From an uncultured virus (IMG/VR IMGVR_UViG_3300029964_000032) (taxonomy: Duplodnaviria > Heunggongvirae > Uroviricota > Caudoviricetes): DNA of 64,000 bases. A program made the position numbers and the translations under genes. Under the pieces are notes generated by a model. The model saw only the letters and a program-made list of their open reading frames with translations. It was not told the origin of the DNA and did no database searches. The stretch lies in IMG/VR virus record IMGVR_UViG_3300029964_000032, one strand, 5' to 3'. Position 1 is the stretch's first letter. The number at the start of each line of letters is the position of its first letter. Positions 10,501 to 22,500 of this stretch are shown piece after piece.

Positions 10501-13500
10501 GTTGACGCTCCTGACAAGAGCAAGAATTATCCCGGAACCTATTATGAGATTGACGGCAAGCAGTTTGGCGACCTCTACGAAGTAGCCAACTATATTGACG
10601 GCAATGAGCAGCCGTTGTCTGCCAAGATTGAAGCAGCCTCTGCCGAAGTGAACACCGACCCCACCGAGGCACAAAAGGAAGCCGGCAACTATAAGAAGGG
10701 ACATGTGCAAGTTGGAACGTTTGACATCACCATTGAGCAGCCGCAGGGCAGCGTGCGTAAGGGCACTGATGCTGACGGCAAGCAGTGGGAAAGCAAGATG
10801 AACAACACTTACGGCTACATTCGTGGCGCAGTGGGTGTTGACGGCGACCACATTGACGTGTTCCTCTCCAATGATATTGACGGTTGGAACGGACGCAAGG
10901 TGTATGTTGTGGACCAGTACAACCCCGACGGCAGCTTTGACGAGCATAAGGTCATGCTTGGTTTCAATGATGCAGACGAGGCTAAGGGCGACTACCTTGC
11001 CAATTACGAGCAGGGCTGGGAGAATGGCCGCAGAATTGACATTACCGGCGTGAACCTCGAAGACTTTGAAAAGTGGATAGAGTCGAGCAAGCGTAAGACT
11101 AAGCCTTTTGGCGAGTACTCGTCGGTGAAGAAGGACGTTGTGGAAATCAATACACCAGAAGAAGCCGGCTATTCCATCACTCCTTCAACCTACACCAATA
11201 AGAAGGGCAAGACGAGCGATGTTTCTCTCCTTACCTTTGGCCATGACTTGACAGCCGACCAAGAGCGTGCCGTCAAGGAGTTTGCCAAAGAGCGTACAGG
11301 TGAGGGACGCTTTGCCCCTGCACGCGGTTGGAAAGACCGTGAGAGCGGTGGTTGGATGTTCCGTAGCGAAGAGGACGCACGCAAGGCCGCTGAAATGGTT
11401 GGTAATGAGGAAGCCGTTGCAGACAACCAGCCAATGACAGCACAGGAACTTCGCGATGCCGTGGAGCCGAAGAAGCCAACGACAAGTAAGAAGACCGCAA
11501 GCAAGAAACCTGCAAACCGCGTAGAGAGCGTGCCAACAGAAGAACCAATAGAGCCGGAGAAGCCTAAGTATGAGGTCAGTGACGAGGAAATGAACGGATT
11601 GATGAATGACATTCGTGATATTCTCGGTATTGGTGACGACGAGGGCGATGCCGGGTTTAAGTTCCGTGAGCCGGACGAACTGACCGCAGAGCAGCGTCAG
11701 AAGCTCATGTCAGTCGGTCAACGTCTGGCCATGGCCATGGTTGAGCGTGGCAATGAGTCGTTTGGCAACTATGCCTCCATGATGGTTAAGGCATTGGGCG
11801 ACAAGGTTCGCCCTTGGTTAAAGGCTTTCTATGGAGGGCTGGAGTATGTTCCCGGCTATGACAAATACGCCCTCACTCCATACGAAGAGGTAAAAGCCTT
11901 TGACGTGGAGAATTTCGACAAGCCTACCAAGGACGTAATGGCACAAGCCAACATGATAGTAGAGGAAGGCAAGGCACAAGTGGCCGCAGAAAAAGCAAAC
12001 AATGAATTAAAGGCAACAAGAAATGAGCAACGAAAAGAAACCGAAAAGCAGACAGCAGCAAATACAGATGCTGTTGCAGCAGAAGCAAAGTCTGTTGCAA
12101 GCGAAGCAACGGCTCTCGCAGAAACTTCAAGCGACGAGCAAGCCCTCACCGGAGCAGCAGAGCGAGTAGATGAAACCCTCGACAAGGTAAATGAGCAGCT
12201 TGCCCTGCTTGGCTACTATGAGGCTGACGAGGTGGAGAAGGACTACAACGAGGCATACGGCTACATGCGTAATGCCGAGAAGAAGGCCGTCAAGGATGCA
12301 GCCAACCTTGCAAGCCAGTTGATTTCTGATTTGAACCTTAGCCACTATGAGGCTTCTCACTCAAAGCAGACGGATAAGAAAGGCAATCGTAAGAAAAAGC
12401 CACTTGCAGTTTCCAACATTTCACCTATTGGAGGTGATGTGTCTATACACCTGCCATTAGAAGAAGGACGCGAGCTGTATCTGACAATAGGCGTTGAGCC
12501 AAGAGCAGCCAAGGGTGTAGATGGCTTTGGAGGCAGCGACCTTGAAGTTACTCACATCATGTTCCGTGTTGACCATCCTGAAGGCACCGGCAATGACCGC
12601 TACGGTAGAAATGTCTTCGTTGACAGCAATGTTACGTATTCTGACCTTCTGAAGCAGGTGCAGCGTGAAGCCTACAAATATCTTATAGGTAGTGGCGTGA
12701 CCAATGAAGGAGAGTATGCAGCAGGTGACAAGGTGCAGTATTCAACCGATGGTGGCCGCACATGGACTGATGCAGTTGTAGTGCAGCCTAACGATGAGGG
12801 CGGCATCCGCATTGACACCGGCCTTGCTCCTGTCATGTGGGTTAATGCTCACCCGGACCAGTTGCGCCATAAGCCGAGCGAGTCAGCCGAGCCGAAGCAT
12901 GAAGCCGTTGGCGACTTCTACGAAGACGGCATCAATGAGGACGCAGTTGCGGCATTGCCAGAAGACACTGCCATACAGCTCCATGTTGTTGACATTCTCA
13001 ATCCGGGCATGACTGACCATTCGATGAAATCGAAGATCGAGAGCCTCAACACGTTGCTCCCTAAAATTTCAGACAAGAAATTGTCTGAACTCGACAAGGA
13101 GTATGGCGACGACAAGGATATGGGCACCCATATCAAGGCAGAGGTGGCGAGACGTGAAAACGAGGGTATCTTCAAAAAAGCGGAGCGCATTGCCAAGGAA
13201 GCCAAGACGGAGCGCGAGAAAACGCCTGTAGATAATAATGGCTTCGGAATATACCAAAAAGCCTATGATGATTTTATAGACGGAATAGAACACAAGGGTA
13301 TGCTTCCGAATGTCAAGGCTTTGAAGAATATGGTTACTAAAGCCAAACGCAGATTGGGTGTTCTTGAAAAGGGTGCAGCTGTTGGTATTAAGAATGATGA
13401 AGATTTGAAACGTCATGAAAAGGCCGTACATGAACTCATAAACATGCGAGACGCATATCAAGCCATGCTTGATTATGTAAACAAACGAATGAAAACTTCA

Positions 13501-16500
13501 GAAGTGAAGACATCAAAAGTTAAACCAGAGCAGCCAGTAGGTGATTTGTTTGCCGGGTTGTTCGATGAACCAAATAATAATGAAACAGCAGACAGCAATA
13601 GCAGTAGCCCAAGCCAAACAGTGGCTGGAGCAGAACGCCCGGACACCGTGGGCATTGATGAAACTGGAACTGATGGAGCAGAACGCACCACAGCAGTTGC
13701 AGGAACTGACGGAGAGCGGTCAACTGATGCAAGCCGTGAAAACGGACGAGAAGCAGCTGACGGAGCAGTACATGGAACTGATGAGGTCGGGGGAATACAA
13801 CCACCAGTCGGAAATCGGGGACGTGATGAGAGCACAGCTGATGGAACAGTTTCCAACGGAGCCACAGATGAGCGTGGACGAGTTGCTGGACCGCGCACTG
13901 TTCAGACAGGAGAGATTGACGGAGGAGGAAAAGAACTTTCTTCGGGAGAACCTGCCAGCTCCACTGGCGAGGGAAGTAGACCTTCTGCCGTAAAGAAGCA
14001 GCGTACACCTGTACGCAAGTTTACAAATAACTTCCATTATGGCACAGACGGCAATGAAGCCGACAACTACACTCCTGCACAGCGTTTGGAGGGCAACGTG
14101 TCAGCCATTGAGGTAATAGCCAAACTCTTCAAAGAGGGACGTAAGGCCACTGATGAAGAAAAGCAGATACTTTCTCGTTTCCGTGGTTGGGGACAGATAG
14201 ACCAGTTGAGCAAGTTCTATTCTGTTGACCAAATGCGTAGGGACACCTACGGCAATTCGCCATACCGCAGACTTGCAAATGCAATCGACACGCTTGACCC
14301 AGACGGCAAGAAAGGCGTGTTTGCAGGTATCAAGCGAGCCGCCCTATCGTCATACTATACCCCGACTAAGATTGCAAGTGCGATGAACTCTTTCCTTTCG
14401 CTTGCAGGTTTCAAAGGCGGCACTTTCCTCGATCCTTCAATGGGCAACGGCATCTTTGAGGGAACACTTCCCAAAGACATTCAAGAGCGCACAATGATAA
14501 CTGGCGTTGAACTTGACTGGCTTTCGGGACAGATTTCACGCGCCCTTTATCCAGATGCTGATGTGCGCATTTGTGGCTTTGAGAAGTCGGAACTCACACC
14601 GAACTCGCAAGATGTGGTGACAAGTAACGTGCCATTTGGTGACATCGAAGTAAACGACCCGACATGGAAGAACGACAACAGCCCTGTTAAGCGGTCGGCA
14701 CAGAAGAGAATTCACAACTACTATGCTGTGAAGATGCTCGAACTTACACGCCCCGGCGGAATTGTTGCCATGATGACAAGTCCTGCCGTGATGGACACGC
14801 AGAGCAACCAGCATATCCGTAGATACATAGCCGAGCAGGGCGAGTTCCTCGGAGCTGTCAGACTGCCCGACAACACATTCCAAGGCACAGGCGCAATGGC
14901 CGACATCATCTATATCCGCAAGTGGAAGGATGAAGAGGACGCTCAGAAGACACGCGAGAACCCTGACTATGCGGCACGTGAGCAAGCATTTTTGTCTTCC
15001 GCTGAGACCACTGCACCCAACAAGCGCAATGGTGAGAAGCAAAAGGTGTCGCACAATGCCTACTATGCGAGCAACCGCAAGAACATGATTGGCGACGTAG
15101 TGGCAGGTAATCAATACAATGACAAGAGTTTCGGCTTACATAGCGAACTGACCACCGATCAGATAGCCAAGGAAGTTGAGAAAGCAGTAAAGCGTATTGT
15201 TGGTGACCGCAAGGGAATGCTCTTTGACACCACACGCACATCACGCGAGGTTAAACAAGCCGTTCGTGAGGAGTACAAGGGTGATGGTAACTGGGTAAGT
15301 ACTGGCAACCTTGTCATTCAAGACGGCAAGGTCGGTGTGCTGACAGCTACCAAGAATGAGTATGGCGAGGTGACAAGGGTGTTTGAGGAGCAGCCACAGC
15401 TGGCTAAGCAGAAGAAGCGTATCATTGCCATGGGAGAGGTACGTACCGCCATGAAAGAACTCATTGCAGGGCAGATTGATGGACTTTCGGACACGAAGCT
15501 CAACATGCTACGTGCCAAGCTTAAACGAGCCTACGAGGAGTTCGTCAGCAAATACGGCAAGTTGCAGGACACCGACAACACTGTTGTCCTGAGTGACATT
15601 GACGGCTATACACTGCAAGCACTTGAAGTATGGAAAGGCGGCAAGTTCCAAGGGCTGTCCGACATCTTCACCAAGAACACCATCAAGCCAGCCCTCAAAC
15701 TTGAAGATGCCAAGACACCGCAGGAAGCCATAACCACCTCATTGGCAGAATATGGTGAAATCCGTGGCGAGTATATCAAAAAAGCATTGGGCGCAGACTG
15801 GTTTGAGCAGTGTGGTGACCTTGTTTTCAAGGAACCTAATGCCACAGACCGTTATGTAACACGCGATGAATACCTCAGTGGCGATGTTGTAGCCAAATTG
15901 GATGAGGCAAAGACCGCAGCTGCAACAGATCCGACCTTTGAACGCAATGTCAAGGAGTTGGAACAGGTGCAGCCAGCCACTATACCATTCGACGACATCA
16001 CAATACACCTTGGTGCGCGATGGATACCGCAAGAAGTACTCAACGATTTTGTGAAAGAGACCCTTGGATTGCACGCATCGTCTTCACGCAACTATGAGTG
16101 GGTTGATGGTGAGCGTAGGGAAATCATCAAGAGTGGCGTAGTGTATGTCCCGGAAACAGACACCTTTGAAATCAATATCGAAGCAAAGGAACTCGGAGGA
16201 CAGGCAGATGATTGGAAGACTGCCGACAAGAGTGTCAAGGAGATATTCCAAGCAGCCCTTGAAGACAAGGACTTCCGTATTGTGCGTAAGGACAAGGACG
16301 GCAACACATGGATTGACCAAGAGGCTACCGAACTTGCCAACAGCAAGGTGGCAGACCTCAGAGAGCATTTTGAGCAATGGTTGCCCGGTGATGATGCCAG
16401 AGTACAGACGATGGAGAGAGCCTATAATGACCGCTTCAACCGCATTGTGCTCCGCAAGTGGGATGGTTCACACCTCAACGTGCCCGGATTGATGGGCAAG

Positions 16501-19500
16501 GAACTCCGTCCGCATCAGAAAGATGCCGTATGGATGCTCATCAATAATCGAGGAGGTATCGTTGACCATATCGTAGGTGCAGGTAAAACACTTGTAATGC
16601 AGTCAGCTATTATGGAAATGCGCAGAATGGGCATAGCCAAGAAACCTATGATTGTGGCATTGAAGTCAACTGTGCCACAGATAGCACGCGAGTTCAAGGA
16701 GGCATATCCTACCGCACGTGTGCTTGCACCATCAGAAAAGGACTTCAGCACCGAGAACCGCAAGAAGTTCTTCGCCAATATCTCGCTCAATGATTATGAC
16801 TGTATCATCGTGAGTCATGAGCAATATTGCAAGATACCGCACTCCGAGGAGGCAGAAGGCGATGTAGTGAATGAGCAGCTGGCACAGCTCGATGCCATGA
16901 TAGAATACCTTTATGGCACAGGAGACAAGAGCCAGCTCACCAAGCGACAGATAAAATCGCTTGAAAAACGTAGACAGAACCTGCATGCCAAGTTGGAGAA
17001 ACGACTTGACCGCAGCACCGACCGCGAGTTTTGCTTTGAGAACATGGGTATTGACTATCTGTTCGTGGACGAGTGCCATCAGTTCAAATCATTGCCCTAT
17101 GTCACCAGTTACCAAAACGTGGCAGGACTGGGCGAAGCATCAGGTTCAAACAAAGCCGTTGCCCTGCTGACAGGCATCCGTCACTTGCAGAAGATGCACC
17201 AAGGTGACAAGGGTACAGTATTCCTTTCGGGAACGACCATCACCAACTCTCTTGTTGAGATATACAACCTGCTCAACTATTTGCGTCCGCGCAAATTGGA
17301 GCAGTTGGGTATGCCGACCTTTGACGCATGGGCAAGCACCTTTGCCGTACATTCGTCAGAGTTAGAAGCCGGTGTTTCCAACGAGTTTAAGATGAAAGAC
17401 CGTTTCCGCTATTTCGACAATGTTCCAGAATTGTCGCAGCTCTATGCAGAGATTGCCGATGTGCGCAACGACTACAACCTGCAACTGCCAAAGCCAAAGG
17501 TGGACGGCAAAACGGTGATTGTACCACAGTCAGATGCCGTGGCCGAGATAAACCGCGAGGTTGTGAATATGCTTCAGACCAAGGACGGCAGCTATTTCGG
17601 TATTCATCCGAAAGACCCGAAGAAATTCCCATGGGGACTTGTCGCATCAGGCATATCGGCAAAAGCAGCAGTCAGTCCGCGTCTTGTATTCCCGGAAATG
17701 GACGATAGTGTCGGTAAGATTTCCTATTGCTGTGACAACATCAAGAAGTCGTATGACGAAATGAAGGAGCAAAAAGGCGTGCAGCTTGTGTTCTGTGAAC
17801 TCGGTGTTCCAACCAAGGGTAAGGAATACGATGCCTATCATGACATTATCAACCGACTGACAAAAGACTACGGCATACCCCGTGAAGAGATAGCCTACAT
17901 TCAGCAGGTGAAGAACGATACTGAAAAGGAAGCATTGTTCCAAAAGGTGCGTGACGGCAAAATACGCATTCTCATTGGAGGTACACGAAACATGGGTACC
18001 GGTGTGAATGTACAGACACGCATCACCGACCTGCACATGCTGACCGTGCCATGGCAACCTGCCGACTTGGAGCAGTGTATTGGCCGTGGTAGCAGACAGG
18101 GCAATGTTGTGGCTCACGATTTCCTCAATAATAAGGTACGTGTACACTACTATGCTACTGAGGGAAGTCTTGACTTATACAAGTATCAATTGCTTGACGC
18201 GAAGGGCAAGATGTTCACACAGTTCAAGATGGGAACCATATCTGGCGAGCGCAGCTTTGATGAGGGCGATGCTGACGAAAACGGCAATATAGACCCTGCA
18301 CAGATGGTTGCTTTGCTTTCGGGCAATCCAATTATCTTTGAAAAGTCAAAGCAAGACAAGCTGGTGAAGAAGTTGAAGTCACTTTACAACGGCTTCTTGC
18401 GTGACCAACAGCGCAAGAGACAGAACTACGAGACGGTGACGAAGAAGGTTGATAACCTGAAACGCCTTATCTCGTTAAGCGACAGTGATGTGCATGACCT
18501 GCAAAGAGAGGACTTCAAACCAGACGAAAAAGGCACATATCCCTCAAAGGTCAAGGTGTGCGTAGAAGGTTCTTATTATGGACAGGACTTTGACAAACCA
18601 AAGGAAGCTGGCCAGTATATCCTCGAACAACTGAAGAACAACAAGAAAGTGGTGCTTGCAGGCTTCGGTCAGCGTGCCGATGTCGTGTTTGTAACAGGCG
18701 ATGATTTGTTGTCTTCACACTACGAGGTGCAGCTTGGAGGAAACAACGCATGGAGCATCCGTTACACAAAGCGAATGCCACAAGACCCGACACAGGCAGG
18801 TCTTGTATTCCGCAGTCTGTTGGAGCAGATCATCCATAACAATGAAGTGTACCATCGCGAGTATGACACCAACAGCGAAATGTTGAAGACCATGCCTAAG
18901 GGTGATGCGCCATTCCCCAAGCAGAAAGAACTTGATGAAGCCATTGCCAAGCAGAAAGAACTCGATGCCGAGTACAACAAACTTGGACAATCGGAAGAAG
19001 ACAAGACCAAGTTCCGTTTGCTTGATGCTGACGACCCTAAGGCAATGGAGCTGGAGTCTTTGCCAGAGAGTGAGTTGGTTCCTGTTTACCGTAATGTGCA
19101 AGCCTTTGAGGATGATGCACTGGGTTCACCTATGGCATTTACCGATGCCGAGACAGGCGAGCGCAGAACATTGGAAGGCAGACGTTGGAACTATTCTGCA
19201 CCTCCAAAGGTGGAACTCACCGAGGAGCAGCAGCGCAAGCTGGACGAACTCAACAAGATTGGCTACATCATGGTTGACGGCAAAAAGAGTACAGAGTTGC
19301 AGATCAATGACGGTTTGAAATTCGTGAAGCCTAAGACCAAGGAGGCACAGTTGCAGTACTTCCTGAAGAAAAACCCCGAAGACAAGGGCTTGTGGGCAGC
19401 ATACGACCCATACGACCATGCCATCGAAACACCTTTGAACACGCAGTTTGGCGAGGCATACAAGAGACCTAATCTTGTTGTGGTACGCAGCCTCATCCCG

Positions 19501-22500
19501 AAATCGGAGATAGACGAGCCGTTCCACGCAGACTATGCTCTGTTGCCTACCGGTGCCCATCAGTGGAACAATGGCCGCATGCTGTATCTTTCACGCTGGA
19601 GCAAGATAGACAAGGTGCTCACCCGTGAGGAGGAAGCTAAGCTCATTGACGAGTACTGGAAGAAGCATCCGGGAAAGCGTGAGGAGCTGAAGACCCACCG
19701 TGACTACAACCGCTTTGTGCCACAAGTGCGCAGAGAGTTGGAGAAGATGGGTTACCGCTTTGAACTTGACGGCAAGGAGTTGACACCGGAGGAGAGTCTT
19801 GCACTCGACAAGCAGAACTGGGAGAGCCGCGATATTATCCCCGGACGCGAAGGACACACGCCATTCGTCAGCAACGAAGACATAGCACGCATCAATGCGA
19901 AGATGGCCGGCAAGTGGGTAGGCGAACCGAAGGAAGCAATGGAAAGTGCGATGAGCGAGAGAGTGACCGAACTGTCCGAACGTCTGCATACTCCAGTGCG
20001 CATCATCCGTACAGAGGAAGAAGTGGCTGCATTACCTTCCGTGCGCCAGCGCAGAATGAAGGGTAGCTTCAATCCTATGACTGGCGAGGTGACTATTGTT
20101 GTTCCCAACAATGCTAACATGGCAGACGTTGAGAATACGTTTGTGCATGAGGTTGTGGGTCACGATGGTTTGCGCGTGCTGTTCCCTGATGAGGCTAAGC
20201 TGAACAATGCCCTTGATGAACTCTATCGTGTGTCTAAGGACGAGATACGCGGTACCATTGACCGCATGGCGCAGAAGATGTACGATGCCGAGGTGGACCG
20301 CATACGTGAGAAGAAACGCAAGGAGCATGTAGCCAATGGTGAGGATGCCAACGCTTCATACTATGCAGATATGGCAGCAGCACATGCCGAGGCCGGAAAG
20401 AAGCGTGAGCAGTTCAAGCGTGATGCAACAGAGGAATATGGTGCCGACCTTGCCGGACGTATCGGTGAGAAAGGCTTCGAGAAGATGAGTGCCGAAGAAC
20501 TTACGTTCTGGGGCAAACTGAAAGCCATGCTCCAAAAGGCTCTACAAAAATTGTTGGACGGATTGAAAATCCCCGGCAAGAGGAAGTGGGGTGATAAGGA
20601 CTGGGCGTTTGTTCTGCATGAGGCATACAAGCGTAAGAAGAATGGTGGTAAGCCTACTGTGTTCGATGCTGCTGATACTGAGGTTATGCGCAGGAAGACA
20701 GGTTTCGGTGATACTAAGTTCAGTGATGGGTATAAAAAAAGTGCCCAACCCAATGAGGCAGCACTTAAGCACTTAGAGCCTATTGATGTTGAACACGCTG
20801 CAAAGGTACAGCAAAAACGCGAGAAAGCCAAAGAAGCACTTGAAAATGTTGCAAAAACATACAAGAATACAACTGATAGCAAGGGCTTTATATCGGACTT
20901 AAGCAATAGTCTTGGTCTGACAAGAGGCAGAACAGGAAGCGGTTATGGCTTATTTGAAACACCGGATGGCAAGATATTTACCATCAGAGTGAGCAATCAT
21001 AATATCAATGCTGCAAATGTCGGTGATGAACCTGTCGAAAGCATTGTTATCAAGACAAAACGTAGTCCAAACAGATTTCATGCTGAAGAAGGGAAATTTG
21101 CTAATGAGTATGTTTACTTCAAGGAAGACATACGCAAGGCACCAACAGGGACATTAAGTTCCATTGCTGAAAGTATTTCTGAATTGCTTGACACTGGCGA
21201 GTATCGCGACAAAACCGGGCTTGCAAAGGACAATCATAGTCCAGAAACAGACCCAGATGGCGGCATTATGTTCCGCGACGGTGATATGGGACTTGAAGAA
21301 ACCATCACTAAGATGAAGGTTGAGGCAAGCCAAGCCAACGCCGACAACTGGCAAGCCAAGCAGGATGCAATGAGAGCCATCGGTGGCAATCTTAACAAGT
21401 TGCGTCAGGCAATGGCACGTCAGAGAGAGTATGACTTATCAACTGTCAAGAGCATAACAGACCTTGCCAAGGTGTTGCTTGAAAACGGATTGCTCGATGA
21501 TCTGAGCAAGTATGAGACAAAGCGCATCCTCTCAGCCGTGAACAATGTACATGGCAAGCAGGACGTAAGTGATTACGTTCAGAAGGTTATGGACATCATG
21601 GTTGACAACCAGCTACGCATGGGAGCTAACCAGCTGGGCAAACTCCTTTCCATCCGTGGAAGCCGCATTGACGCGCGAGGTATTGAGGTGCAAGGACAGC
21701 TTGACCCGGAAGGCCAGCGTATAGCGCAGGTGGTTAGGAAAGCCACTTCCTTACCAAAGGAGAACATAGAGGAGCGTATTGCAGACTGCACCAATCGTAT
21801 GAGTAGTGACGACAATGCCGTAGCCGAGGAAGCAGCCATCGAGTACAACGGTCTGTTGCTTGCCCATCAGTTTGTAGAGGACATTACCGAAAGCAAGGCT
21901 GAGGAAAAGGCTCTTCGTGAAAGCATTAAGGAAGCCAAGGCCGACTTGGATGCAGGAACGATGGAAGCCGATGCTTACCGTGAATACGTGGAGTCAACCA
22001 ACGATGCCATCCGTCAGAATAAGATAGAGCGAGCCGAAGCCTACCGCAGCATCGTGGAGCAAGTAGGCGGTGTTCTTGGTGGCAGCGTTGAGCGAGCTAA
22101 GGCATGGCGTGAGGCAGAGAAGCAGCGCGTTGAGACCATCCATCACAATGCCAACTCCGATATGACCGGAAGACCCAATGACGAGCATCATAAGGAAAGC
22201 AAGGCACAGAAGATAGCCAATAACAGTATAGTGCGCTTTGTTCTTGCACCTTTAGGCACGTTCGACCAGATGCTGAGAATGTTCGGTAAGAAAAGCGTGA
22301 ACGGTGAGGGCTACTTGTGGAACCGCTATATGCGTGGATGGGTTGAGGCTACCGAAAAGGAATACACCGGTTATCAGAACGCCTTGAAGACGCTCGACGA
22401 GAAGGTTAGCGACGTGTTCGGCAAGAAGATGAAATGGGGCGACCTGTTCTCTTTGGAGCGCAACCTGCCCAAAGCAACCGTTACCTTCTGGGACGGTGGC

